Shown here in pieces: positions 18,227 to 27,791 of a stretch of DNA of 64,000 bases. Every line of letters begins with the position of its first letter. Within the stretch, counting starts at the first letter, position 1. The translations under genes and the position numbers were made by a program. The notes under the pieces are model-generated. The model made no database searches. It was not told the origin of the DNA and saw only the letters and a program-made list of their open reading frames with translations. Source of the stretch: Minisyncoccota bacterium (GTDB taxonomy: Bacteria > Patescibacteriota > Minisyncoccia > Phycocordibacterales > CALRHW01); contig JAXLZT010000002.1 of assembly GCA_046350795.1 (NCBI GenBank), positions 24,293-88,292 of the forward strand. The letters are read 5' to 3'.

Positions 18227-21200
18227 ATGGGTGATTTTTCGACTAAAAAATTTTTTCTAAAAACAGTTTTCACACTGTTTGTCTTTTTATTTTTTACTTC
18301 ACAGGTGTATGCTGCCACTATTTATTCAAATAGTAGTACAGGAAATGATTCTACTGGTGATGGTACTAGTGGTTTACCATATCGTACATTTCACAAAGCA
18401 TATACCGTGGCGAGCGCTGGTGACACTATCAATCTCACCGGTACATTTACATGGACTGATGCATCTGAAACAGGTGACGCGTCTCCAGCTGGATATACAA
18501 TAGGAAAAAATCTTACTATTGTCGGACAGGGTGCAGATGAGACTATCGTGCAATCTGCCACAGCATCTACTACGGGTGATAGACGTGTGTTTACTGTGTC
18601 TGCCGGCATAGTTGCTAATTTTGATAAATTAAACATAAGACATGGTCGTGTGACGGGTTCTGTATATGGCGGTGGTATTTATAATAGCGGTACCACTACG
18701 GTGACAAATTCGGATATAAACAACAACTCTAGTCCATCATATGGTGGAGGCGGTGTTGCAAACTACGGCATTTTTACTATCGAAGATAGTTCTATACGAA
18801 ATAATACTGGATATTATGGTGGTGGAGGTATTAGAAATATGGATTTGCTGGCAGATCTTTTTATCACAAATACCACCATTACTGGAAATCAGCAGATGTC
18901 GAGCACTGGGTATACCGATGGAGGAGGTATAGATGCGAGATATGGAGATGTGACGCTCACAAACTCTGCGATTGTTTACAACTCAGCGTATGGCACGGGT
19001 GGACTTTGTATGTGTGATACCACCGGTACTTTGACGATAAAGAATACTATTATTGCCAACAACTTAAAAAAAGGCGGTGGCTCTGCATACGATTTTTATA
19101 AAAATAATGTAGGTAGTACTGTAACTGATAATGGAAAAAATATTGTTGGAAGTTCAAATGGTAGTTACACGTGGGTGGGCTCTGGTGATTGGACGGACAC
19201 TGATTTAAACGGAAGTTTTACACTATACAGTGTCGGTACTACTGGCTCCTTAAATATGGAATCTACATCAAGCACAAATGATGATCCAGATGGTACATAC
19301 AATCACGCTATTTTTGCAAGCTCTATTGCAATAGATAATGGAGCCACTGGTGCAAACGGTGCCACATCTACTGTACCCACACTAGATCAGCGTGGTGCTA
19401 CACGTAATAGCACTACAGATATTGGTCCTTTTGAATACAATGGGGGTGGTCTTTCTATATCAGCTCCCACCACCCAAGCATCTTCTGTAACTTTTAGTTC
19501 CGTTGAATACAACAGAATGACTGTGAGTTGGACAAATGGTAACGGCTCACGACGTGTAGCTTTTATGAAAGCAGCTAGTAGCGGTACGGCGTCACCAGTA
19601 GATGGTACATCATATGCCTCAAGCTCTGTGTTTGGAAGTGGTGATCAGATCGGCTCTTCAGGATGGTATGCGATATATGATGGACTTGGGTCTAGTGTGA
19701 CTGTTACAGGACTTACACAAGGTGTTACATATATAGTGCAAGTATTTGAATACAATGGAGTTTCTTCTGGTACAGCAGATTATCTTACTGATACAGCTAC
19801 AAACAATCCAAACACACAACAATCACATGCCGTTGTTACTTTGTATGTAAATAGTTCCACAGGAAATGATTCTACCGGCGATGGATCAAGTGGAAGTCCG
19901 TATCTCACTTTTCACAAAGGATATACTTCTGCTAGTGCAGGCGACACTATAAATCTTACAGGTACTTTTACATGGACTGATTCTGGAGAGACGGGTGACT
20001 CTGCCACTACGGGTTACACACTTTCAAAAGATTTAACTATTCAAGGCAATGGTGCAGATGACACTATACTTCAGTCTGCCACAGCATCTACTACTGGAGA
20101 CAGAAGAATATTTACTGTTTCATCTGGAGCTACCGTAACTATTGATGACATTATGTTGAGAAATGGTCGTGTGACAGGCTCTGTGTATGGAGGAGCTATT
20201 GATAACAGTGGAACACTTACTATTACTGATTCTGATATCAATAATAATTCCAGTCCTTCGTATGGCGGTGGAGGAATTGTAAATTACAGCACGCTTACTT
20301 TGGACAGAGTGTCTATGTGGAACAACACTGGATATTATGGTGGTGGTGCGATTAGAAATCTAGATGCCAACGGTGATATTTTTATTACAAACTCAACGCT
20401 TGCCTATAATCAACAAATGTCTAGTGGTGTATATACCAACGGTGGAGCTATAGACATGAGGTATGGTGATCTTACTTTGACAAATTCGGTAATAGCTTAC
20501 AACTCAGCGTATGGTGTCGGTGGACTTTGTATGTGTGATACCACAGGTACTTTGACGATAAAAAATAGCATAATAGCTAGCAATCTAAAAAAAGGCGGTG
20601 GCTCTGCATATGATTTTTATAAATCAAACGCAGGTAGCACTGTAACTGATAATGGAAAAAATATCGTCGGAAGTTCAAACAGTAGTTATACTTGGGTGGG
20701 CTCTGGTGATTGGACGGACACTGATTTAAATGGAACCTTTACACTATACAGTGTCGGTACCACAGGTTCTTTAAATCAGAGTAGTACGCTAGCTACAAAC
20801 AGTGCATTAAATAATACTTACACTCTTGCTATTACTTCGGCTAGTTCAATAGCAAAAGATAATGGAGCTACAGGAACAAACGGTACCATATCTGTACCTA
20901 CCACAGATCAGCGACAAGGCACTAGAAACGGTACTACCGATATAGGTGCATATGAGTATGGTGCAACTTTTGGAGATACTACTGTGCCCACCGTGTCTGT
21001 GACGGCTCCAAGCTCTGATGCAACAGTCTCTGGCGCTAGTGTTTCTTTTACAGCAGATGCTAGTGACGATGTGGCTGTGGCGGGAGTAAAATTTTATGTA
21101 AATGGAGTATTGCAGGGAAGCGAAGACACGACTTCTACATATGGTATTACATGGGACAGTACAGCGACTACTTCGGGTGCTTATACTCTAGTAGCCGTCG

Positions 21201-22453
21201 CTCGTGATAGTTCAAATAATTATGCTACTTCTACGAGTGTTTCTTTTAATGTGTTGAATACTGGACCAACACCCACATCTGTAGTAGCTACAGGATCTGA
21301 TAATGGAGCTACTATTACTTGGACTACTGCTGATGCAGCTTCATCACGTGTATATTTTGGTCCTACCACAAGCTATGGTTCTTCTACACCAGAGACAGAT
21401 ACATCACCACGTGTTACTAGTCACTCTGTTTCTGTTTCCGGTTTACCATCCTGTGCTTACTATCATTATTATGTTGAAAGTAAAAATACTGCTTTAGATA
21501 CTGCTACTAGTTCTGATTACACTTTTTCTACTACTGGTTGCACAAGTAGTGCGTCTATTACTGCCAGCGGAAATGGCACCATAGCTACGGCTTCTGGCGG
21601 TACTTTGACACAGGGGGATATTACACTTACTGTGCCTACTTCTTTTACCAATGCATCAAGCTCTGCTATTTTTCAAGCAAATCAACTCAACTCTACGACA
21701 TTCTTTTCTGGGATAACAAATCCAAGTGGTCTTAATGCTGTTGGAGATTCTGTTTTTCATCTTTCTGCTTTCATTGATGCTACCACTACCATCTCCTCTT
21801 TTTCTGCGCCTATTTCTGTAAGGCTTGCTTATACTTCTGCTGATGTTGAAGACATAGATGAAACAACTTTGTGGATATATAGATATGATGGTTCGTCTTG
21901 GTATGCACTTAATGATTGCTCTGTAGATACATCTGGCATGACCGTCACCTGTACTACTACAAATTTTTCTGATTTCGCACTCTTTGGTGAGGGGGTTGAT
22001 AGTAGTGGGGGATCCAATAGTGGTTTTTCTGCCAATAGCCAAGTTGTAAATCTGATCAATATGGGTAAGGTGCATGACGCGGTTTTAATTATTCAAAAAT
22101 ATCCATCTATATTAAACGATAAAAATGTTCTAGATTTTTTGAAAAAATATTTAGATAGTATTGCTCTAACACAAAATGTTGATTTATCTGGGCCGAATAT
22201 TTTGATAGAAAAAGATCTCTATCTTGGTTCAGAGGGTGAAGATGTAAAAAAATTGCAGACGTTTTTGATAGCACAAAATAAAGGTCCGATTTCAAAAGAA
22301 CTCGCTCGTGTGGGTGTTACTGGATATTTTGGTCAATACACAAAAAATGCTTTAGGTGAGTTTCAGAAAAGTGTTGGTATAGTGCCGTATTCTGGATATT
22401 TTGGTCCAAAGACCAGAGCTTTTGTCAGTGATTTAAAAAATACAAAAGAATAG
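18227..22453 (+). CDS. Large exported surface protein: duplicated beta-helix/choice-of-anchor-Q-like module, FN3 and Ig-like domains, C-terminal peptidoglycan-binding-like domain
   Basis: Signal peptide; two GNDSTGDG...DQR...DIGxxEY modules; DDVAVAGVKFYV Ig domain; DLYLGSEGEDVKKLQTFL...GYFGPKTR. Confidence 0.8.
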   Translation: MGDFSTKKFFLKTVFTLFVFLFFTSQVYAATIYSNSSTGNDSTGDGTSGLPYRTFHKAYTVASAGDTINLTGTFTWTDASETGDASPAGYTIGKNLTIVGQGADETIVQSATASTTGDRRVFTVSAGIVANFDKLNIRHGRVTGSVYGGGIYNSGTTTVTNSDINNNSSPSYGGGGVANYGIFTIEDSSIRNNTGYYGGGGIRNMDLLADLFITNTTITGNQQMSSTGYTDGGGIDARYGDVTLTNSAIVYNSAYGTGGLCMCDTTGTLTIKNTIIANNLKKGGGSAYDFYKNNVGSTVTDNGKNIVGSSNGSYTWVGSGDWTDTDLNGSFTLYSVGTTGSLNMESTSSTNDDPDGTYNHAIFASSIAIDNGATGANGATSTVPTLDQRGATRNSTTDIGPFEYNGGGLSISAPTTQASSVTFSSVEYNRMTVSWTNGNGSRRVAFMKAASSGTASPVDGTSYASSSVFGSGDQIGSSGWYAIYDGLGSSVTVTGLTQGVTYIVQVFEYNGVSSGTADYLTDTATNNPNTQQSHAVVTLYVNSSTGNDSTGDGSSGSPYLTFHKGYTSASAGDTINLTGTFTWTDSGETGDSATTGYTLSKDLTIQGNGADDTILQSATASTTGDRRIFTVSSGATVTIDDIMLRNGRVTGSVYGGAIDNSGTLTITDSDINNNSSPSYGGGGIVNYSTLTLDRVSMWNNTGYYGGGAIRNLDANGDIFITNSTLAYNQQMSSGVYTNGGAIDMRYGDLTLTNSVIAYNSAYGVGGLCMCDTTGTLTIKNSIIASNLKKGGGSAYDFYKSNAGSTVTDNGKNIVGSSNSSYTWVGSGDWTDTDLNGTFTLYSVGTTGSLNQSSTLATNSALNNTYTLAITSASSIAKDNGATGTNGTISVPTTDQRQGTRNGTTDIGAYEYGATFGDTTVPTVSVTAPSSDATVSGASVSFTADASDDVAVAGVKFYVNGVLQGSEDTTSTYGITWDSTATTSGAYTLVAVARDSSNNYATSTSVSFNVLNTGPTPTSVVATGSDNGATITWTTADAASSRVYFGPTTSYGSSTPETDTSPRVTSHSVSVSGLPSCAYYHYYVESKNTALDTATSSDYTFSTTGCTSSASITASGNGTIATASGGTLTQGDITLTVPTSFTNASSSAIFQANQLNSTTFFSGITNPSGLNAVGDSVFHLSAFIDATTTISSFSAPISVRLAYTSADVEDIDETTLWIYRYDGSSWYALNDCSVDTSGMTVTCTTTNFSDFALFGEGVDSSGGSNSGFSANSQVVNLINMGKVHDAVLIIQKYPSILNDKNVLDFLKKYLDSIALTQNVDLSGPNILIEKDLYLGSEGEDVKKLQTFLIAQNKGPISKELARVGVTGYFGQYTKNALGEFQKSVGIVPYSGYFGPKTRAFVSDLKNTKE
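18318..20960 (+). repeat. Intragenic duplication of a ~375-aa module (about 18318-19440 and 19840-20960)
   Basis: Shared segments such as GGLCMCDTTGTLTIKN and YTWVGSGDWTDTDLNG, with near-identical DNA. Confidence 0.85.
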
Positions 22454-22484
22454 TCTCGTCTCTTCATGTGATAATATATTGTAT

Positions 22485-22934
22485 ATGACGATCACAATTA
22501 TTATAGGTATTATCGGTGCGATTATTAGTGCAATTATTGGAACACTTTGGTATAGCGACAAAAGTCCGATGGGTAGGTTGCATATGAAGTGTCTTGGTTT
22601 TGATAAGTTGTCTCAAGTTGAAAAAGATGCTTTGAAAAAAGAGGCAATGCCAAATATGTGGAAAGTATATAGCCTGCAAATGATACTTTCGTTGATCACT
22701 TCGCTCTTTATTGGTTTCGTAACTTCATACACAGTATTAAATGGTGGTCCTGCAAATGCAGTTTACTTTTATGTCGTGTTCATATGGGCTTCTTTTACTG
22801 TTCCGATAATTGGACAAAGTTTACTTTGGGGAAATGTAGATCGATCGCTAGTTTGGAAAAAGTTTTTCTCAGATATTTCTTATAATCTGCTAACTTTTAT
22901 CATTATCGCTTTTGTTGCAACAATTTTAATTTAA
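22485..22934 (+). CDS. DUF1761-like membrane protein
   Basis: IGTLWYS...MG motif; four TM helices. Confidence 0.7.
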   Translation: MTITIIIGIIGAIISAIIGTLWYSDKSPMGRLHMKCLGFDKLSQVEKDALKKEAMPNMWKVYSLQMILSLITSLFIGFVTSYTVLNGGPANAVYFYVVFIWASFTVPIIGQSLLWGNVDRSLVWKKFFSDISYNLLTFIIIAFVATILI

Positions 22935-22938
22935 TCTT

Positions 22939-23520
22939 GTGAAAGAGCTCTTTGCTATTATCGCAGTTATCTTGGCTTTTGTAGGTAATATTTCCTACCT
23001 TAAAGATACTTTTAAGGGGAAAGTAAAACCGCATCCATATACTTGGTTTATTTGGTCTATTGTCTCAATGACCACTTTTTTTGGTGGTTTGGTAAAAGGG
23101 GCGGGAATAGGTGCACTGCCGACAGGTATAGCCGAAGCTTTCACTATCATCATTTTTCTTTTTTCTCTGAAATATTTGTTTCAAGGAAAAGCGGGTCACA
23201 TCAGAATGATAGATAATTATTTTCTTGCTATATGTCTTTTGGGTTTGATACCTTGGGCGCTGACAAAAGATCCGACAATATCGGTTGTGATTGTAGTGAT
23301 TATCGACATTATCGCTTTTGTGCCAACACTTAGAAAGACTTGGGCGCATCCAAATACCGAAAAACCTCTTTTATATGAAATGAATGTAACGCGCCATATT
23401 TTGACACTCTTTTCTATCCAAACATACAACGTTGCCACAACTTTTCACTCTATAGCAATGATTTGCACCAACATTTTGATGACTGTTTTTATATATAGAA
23501 AGAAAATTGGTAAAAAATAG
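22939..23520 (+). CDS. Hypothetical multi-pass membrane protein
   Basis: GKVKPHPYTWFIW and PTLRKTWAHPNTE (PQ-loop-like symmetry); no function assigned. Confidence 0.7.
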   Translation: MKELFAIIAVILAFVGNISYLKDTFKGKVKPHPYTWFIWSIVSMTTFFGGLVKGAGIGALPTGIAEAFTIIIFLFSLKYLFQGKAGHIRMIDNYFLAICLLGLIPWALTKDPTISVVIVVIIDIIAFVPTLRKTWAHPNTEKPLLYEMNVTRHILTLFSIQTYNVATTFHSIAMICTNILMTVFIYRKKIGKK

Positions 23521-23585
23521 CAAAACGACCGTGTATTTTGGTCAAGTATGAAGGGGGTGGTCTAAGTGTGGTAAAATGGTTGTAT

Positions 23586-24500
23586 ATGAAAAAATCAATA
23601 ATAGTATTGGTGATCTTATTATTAGCGGGCTTTGGAGTTTACTATTTTACAAAAGGTGGTGATGTTAAAAAACCTGTAGAAAATAATCCTGTTGTAGAAG
23701 AGACGCCTGTAGCGCCAGCTGAAACAGAAGTAAAAGATGATCAGAAAAATGCTCCAGAAGTTTCTATTGGTAAATCTGTAGATGGTAATGATATAAAAGC
23801 ATATCGTTTTGGAACTGGTGAAAAAGAGATTTTGTTTATAGCGGGTATTCATGGAGGATATGCTTGGAACACAGTTTTGTTGGCACAACAAATGATGGAT
23901 TATTTGAAAAAGAATGCGACAGCTGTGCCTTCAAATGTAAAAGTAACTATCATTCCTGTATTAAATCCTGATGGTCTAAAAAAGACAGTGGGTACTACTG
24001 GCACATTTACACAATCAAATGTACCAACAGATACAGCAAAGACAGTGGCTGGAAGATTTAATTCAAACGAAGTAGATCTAAATCGAAATTTTGATTGTGA
24101 TTGGCAAGATTCTGGTGTATGGCAAAACAAGAAAGTGAGCGGTGGTAGCAGTGCTTTTTCTGAGCCAGAAACTTTAGCTCTAAAAAATTATATTGATACG
24201 AATAATCCTACAGCCGTAGTCGCTTTCTATAGTGCTGCTGGTGGAGTGTTTGCATCAAGTTGTCACAACGGTGTATCTACAGAGACAAATTCTATTTTGA
24301 AAAAATATGCTGATGCTTCAGGATACAAAGCTTATGCTGATTTTGATTTCTATGAGATTACTGGAGATATGGTAAATTGGCTTGCTAAAAAGAATGTTCC
24401 GGCTATCAGTGTTCTCCTTACAAATCACACAGATACTGATTGGACAAAAAATCTCGCTGGTCTAAAGGCTTTGATTGATTATTACAGCAAATCAGAATAA
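23586..24500 (+). CDS. M14 zinc carboxypeptidase/MpaA-like homologue, probably catalytically inactive
   Basis: IGKSVDG, NPDG, VDLNRNF and SEPET are kept, but HGGYA, AFYS and SVLL replace the Zn-binding and catalytic residues. Confidence 0.8.
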   Translation: MKKSIIVLVILLLAGFGVYYFTKGGDVKKPVENNPVVEETPVAPAETEVKDDQKNAPEVSIGKSVDGNDIKAYRFGTGEKEILFIAGIHGGYAWNTVLLAQQMMDYLKKNATAVPSNVKVTIIPVLNPDGLKKTVGTTGTFTQSNVPTDTAKTVAGRFNSNEVDLNRNFDCDWQDSGVWQNKKVSGGSSAFSEPETLALKNYIDTNNPTAVVAFYSAAGGVFASSCHNGVSTETNSILKKYADASGYKAYADFDFYEITGDMVNWLAKKNVPAISVLLTNHTDTDWTKNLAGLKALIDYYSKSE

Positions 24501-24503
24501 ATA

Positions 24504-25391
24504 ATGATCTCTAATTTTAAAAAAACCACAACCCTTATTTTTCTTGTAGTTGTGGTTTTTGGTCTTGCTGTCGCTACTTTTTTCTTTTTAAATAAAAAAG
24601 AGGCGGTGGCTCCTGTAAAAGTAGAAGAAAGTAAAAAAGAAGAAATAAGGAGAGAGGTGATAGGAAAGTCAGTACAAGGTAGGGATATAGAAAGTTTTAC
24701 ATATGGTTCCGGTCAGAAAAAGTTGGTCCTTGTGGGCGGTATCCACGGTGGATATGAGTGGAACAGTGTTTTGCTCGCATATCAGGTAATGGATTATTTA
24801 GAAAAAAATCCCGCAGTGATTCCATCCAGTCTCAGTATTTCTGTAATACCTTCTGCCAATCCTGACGCTGTTTATAAGGTCGTGGGCAAGGAAGGTAGAT
24901 TTGAGGTAGGGGATGTTTCAAAAGATGAAAATATTCTAGTGTCTGCACGTTTCAATGCAAATCAGGTTGATTTAAACAGAAACTTTGATTGCGATTGGAA
25001 ACCAGAAGCTACATGGCGTTCAAAAAAAGTAAGTGCTGGTACTGAGCCTTTTTCCGAACCAGAATCAAAAACTCTACAACAGTTTTTTGTAAAAAATAAT
25101 CCAGTCGGTGCTGTTTTTTGGCATAGTCAGGCAAATGCTGTGTATGCCGGAGATTGTAAGGGTGTTATTTTACCTAAGACGCTCGAGATAATGGATCTGT
25201 ACGCCAACGCTTCTGGGTATGTAGCTCAAAAGACTTTTGATAGCTATGAAGTAAACGGTGCTTCTGATGGTTGGCTTACTACTATTGGCATCCCCACACT
25301 TACTGTAGAATTAAAAACTCATGAGTCGGTTGAGTTTGATCAAAATTTACTGGGAGTAAAAGCTCTCATAGAATACTATGGCAAAAACTAA
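24504..25391 (+). CDS. M14 zinc carboxypeptidase/MpaA-like peptidase, membrane-anchored
   Basis: IHGGYE, DLNRNF, FWHS, TVEL. Confidence 0.85.
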   Translation: MISNFKKTTTLIFLVVVVFGLAVATFFFLNKKEAVAPVKVEESKKEEIRREVIGKSVQGRDIESFTYGSGQKKLVLVGGIHGGYEWNSVLLAYQVMDYLEKNPAVIPSSLSISVIPSANPDAVYKVVGKEGRFEVGDVSKDENILVSARFNANQVDLNRNFDCDWKPEATWRSKKVSAGTEPFSEPESKTLQQFFVKNNPVGAVFWHSQANAVYAGDCKGVILPKTLEIMDLYANASGYVAQKTFDSYEVNGASDGWLTTIGIPTLTVELKTHESVEFDQNLLGVKALIEYYGKN

Positions 25392-25818
25392 ATTACTTCA
25401 GTTTGATACGTATTTGGCTATGATTGAAAATTCTGTTGGTTCTTATATGTTTAAGAATCTTTTTATCGAGGTGGACGGAGTGAAAAAAGATGCAACAGAA
25501 GACGGTGATTTATCATGCGCTTTTTTTGTATCGTCTGTTTTGTTTTTATGTAAATATATAGATTCTCCTCATGCCACAGTGGAATCTACTGTGAAAAAAT
25601 TAAAAGACAGTGGCTGGCAGACTATAGATGAGCCTGTGGTGGGTAGTGTGGTTGTTTGGAAAAAGAAAGATGGCCATTCGCACATTGGTTTTTATGTGGG
25701 TGATAATAAGGTAATAAGTAACAGCGACAAAGACAGGTGTCCAAAAAAGACAGATTGGAAGTTTGATGGAAATAGGGAAATAGATATGATTCTTTGGAGA
25801 TCAGATATAATACAGTAG
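25378..25818 (+). CDS. NlpC/P60-CHAP-like papain-fold protein
   Basis: SCAFFVSSVL ... GSVVVW ... HIGFYVG (Cys-His dyad). Confidence 0.65.
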   Translation: MAKTKLLQFDTYLAMIENSVGSYMFKNLFIEVDGVKKDATEDGDLSCAFFVSSVLFLCKYIDSPHATVESTVKKLKDSGWQTIDEPVVGSVVVWKKKDGHSHIGFYVGDNKVISNSDKDRCPKKTDWKFDGNREIDMILWRSDIIQ

Positions 25819-25831
25819 AACCATTATAATC

Positions 25832-26434
25832 ATGGAGACTCTGCAAAATATTATTATTGCTTCAGGATATCTCGGCATTTTTGTCACCATCTTTGCTGAG
25901 TCTGGATTTTTGCTAGGAATATTTTTGCCGGGGGATTCTCTACTCTTCACTTTAGGACTTTTTGCATCAAAGGGTTCCTTCTCTATATTAATTCTTTGGA
26001 TTTTATCTGTGTCTGCGGCGATTTTGGGAGATAGTTTTGGTTATTTTTCTGGTAGAAAGTTTGGTCCAGCTATTTTTAGCAAAGAAAATTCTTTATTTTT
26101 TAGAAAAAGTTATTTGGACAAGACTCAGGCTTTTTATGACAAATATGGAAAGAAAACAATAATACTTGCTAGATTTGTGCCTATCGTGCGCACACTAGCT
26201 CCTATTTTTGCCGGTGTTGCAAATATGAATTACAGGACTTTTGTCTCTTACAATATTATTGGAGGAATACTTTGGCCTTCAATTATGCTTTTCTCAGGAT
26301 TTTTCTTGGGAAATATTTTTCCGGGTATAAAAAATTATTTATCGGAAGTGATACTGATAATCATTTTCCTATCTTTCTTGCCGGTTATATTTGAGCTGGT
26401 GAAAACATATAAAAGTAGAAGAATTAAATCTTAG
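25832..26434 (+). CDS. dedA: DedA/VTT family membrane protein
   Basis: FAESG...LPGDSLLF, ARFVPIVRT. Confidence 0.93.
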   Translation: METLQNIIIASGYLGIFVTIFAESGFLLGIFLPGDSLLFTLGLFASKGSFSILILWILSVSAAILGDSFGYFSGRKFGPAIFSKENSLFFRKSYLDKTQAFYDKYGKKTIILARFVPIVRTLAPIFAGVANMNYRTFVSYNIIGGILWPSIMLFSGFFLGNIFPGIKNYLSEVILIIIFLSFLPVIFELVKTYKSRRIKS

Positions 26435-27777
26435 TTTATCGGTAGCTTTATTGTAAATGTTGACCCCTCGTCTATTTTTGATTCTAACTCTATTTCTCCG
26501 TTCATTGAGTTGACCATCTTTTTTGTAAGATAAAGGCCTATACCAGTACCAACTTGTTTGGATTCAGTTGCTTTTTCTGTTCTAAAATAACCTTCAAAAA
26601 CCTTTTTTATATTTTCTTCGGCTATTCCTTGTCCTTGATCTTTTATTTTAAAAATATGCCACTTTTCATTTTTTGAATAAAAGATATCTATATTTGTATT
26701 TGGTTTTGAATATTTGATTGCATTGCCTAGTAAATTGGTAAAAATCTGGCGTAGATTTTTTTTATCTGTAAAAATACTGTATTCGTCTGCTATCTTATTT
26801 TTTATATTTACAGATACTTTGTGTTCAAGCGCACTTAGGGTTAGACTCTCTTTTAGTTCTTCAAAGAATTTTTTTATATTTACGTCTTCTTTTTTCAGAC
26901 TTCTCTTTATTGCTTCGTTTGGTGTGTTTATACTGAGTAGGTCGTTGGTATCTCTGATTAGATTTATGCAGTTTATGTATATTAAATCTAATGTTGATCG
27001 TGTATTTGTGTCCATTGAAGAATCTTTTTGTTGTATGTCTTCAAGTGCCCATTTTATGCCTACTAGAGGTGTGCGTATTTCATGGGACGCTATGGAAACA
27101 AACTCTTCTTTCATCCTTAGGTATTTTTCTTCTTTGTTTTGCGCGTATCTCAAAAAATAGATAGTCAAAAGAATAATAAGTGAAATTAAAATAGGGATAG
27201 AGGCGAATGCTATGTTGTTTAGTAAATATTCTACTGCCGGTATATCCATTCCGACCATAGCTATCACTTTTCCGTCATAGTTTTTTATTGGTGCGTAGCC
27301 AGAAAACCATATACCCCACCTATCCCTAGAAGGACCCTCTGATCTACTTTTACCGTCTTGAAATATGAGGTACATATAATCTGAGGCCTCTTGATAACTT
27401 TGTCCTGGTGGGGAATAGTCTACAGAATTCGGATCTTCTGAGTCGGCATAGAAAAAAAGTTTTTTTGATTCATCTTGACCAATGAGATATATAAATCTTA
27501 TATCTGTATTTACTTTCCTAATATTTATTAAAATCTTTTTAAGATTATTGTACGAGTCTTTTTTTAAGTCTTCTTGGCTAGCTGAAAGGTCAAGTATGTC
27601 TTCTTTTGATAAGATTTCAGCAATGGTATTTACTCTCTCCATCAAATGATTACTCTGAGATGAGTCTGTTCTGTTGTAGAGTAAAAAAGAGGATAAGATT
27701 CCTGAGATTAAGAAAAAAGATCCTATAGTCATATACAACAATCTATAGGGTCTTTTTTCTTTTTGTTTTGGAAGCAT
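26431..27777 (-). CDS. Sensor histidine kinase with extracytoplasmic sensor domain
   Basis: Two TM helices, SHEIRTPL, NAIKYS, DQGQGI, GTGIGL. Confidence 0.93.
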   Translation of the reverse strand: MLPKQKEKRPYRLLYMTIGSFFLISGILSSFLLYNRTDSSQSNHLMERVNTIAEILSKEDILDLSASQEDLKKDSYNNLKKILINIRKVNTDIRFIYLIGQDESKKLFFYADSEDPNSVDYSPPGQSYQEASDYMYLIFQDGKSRSEGPSRDRWGIWFSGYAPIKNYDGKVIAMVGMDIPAVEYLLNNIAFASIPILISLIILLTIYFLRYAQNKEEKYLRMKEEFVSIASHEIRTPLVGIKWALEDIQQKDSSMDTNTRSTLDLIYINCINLIRDTNDLLSINTPNEAIKRSLKKEDVNIKKFFEELKESLTLSALEHKVSVNIKNKIADEYSIFTDKKNLRQIFTNLLGNAIKYSKPNTNIDIFYSKNEKWHIFKIKDQGQGIAEENIKKVFEGYFRTEKATESKQVGTGIGLYLTKKMVNSMNGEIELESKIDEGSTFTIKLPIN

Positions 27778-27791
27778 ATAATAATTTTAAA

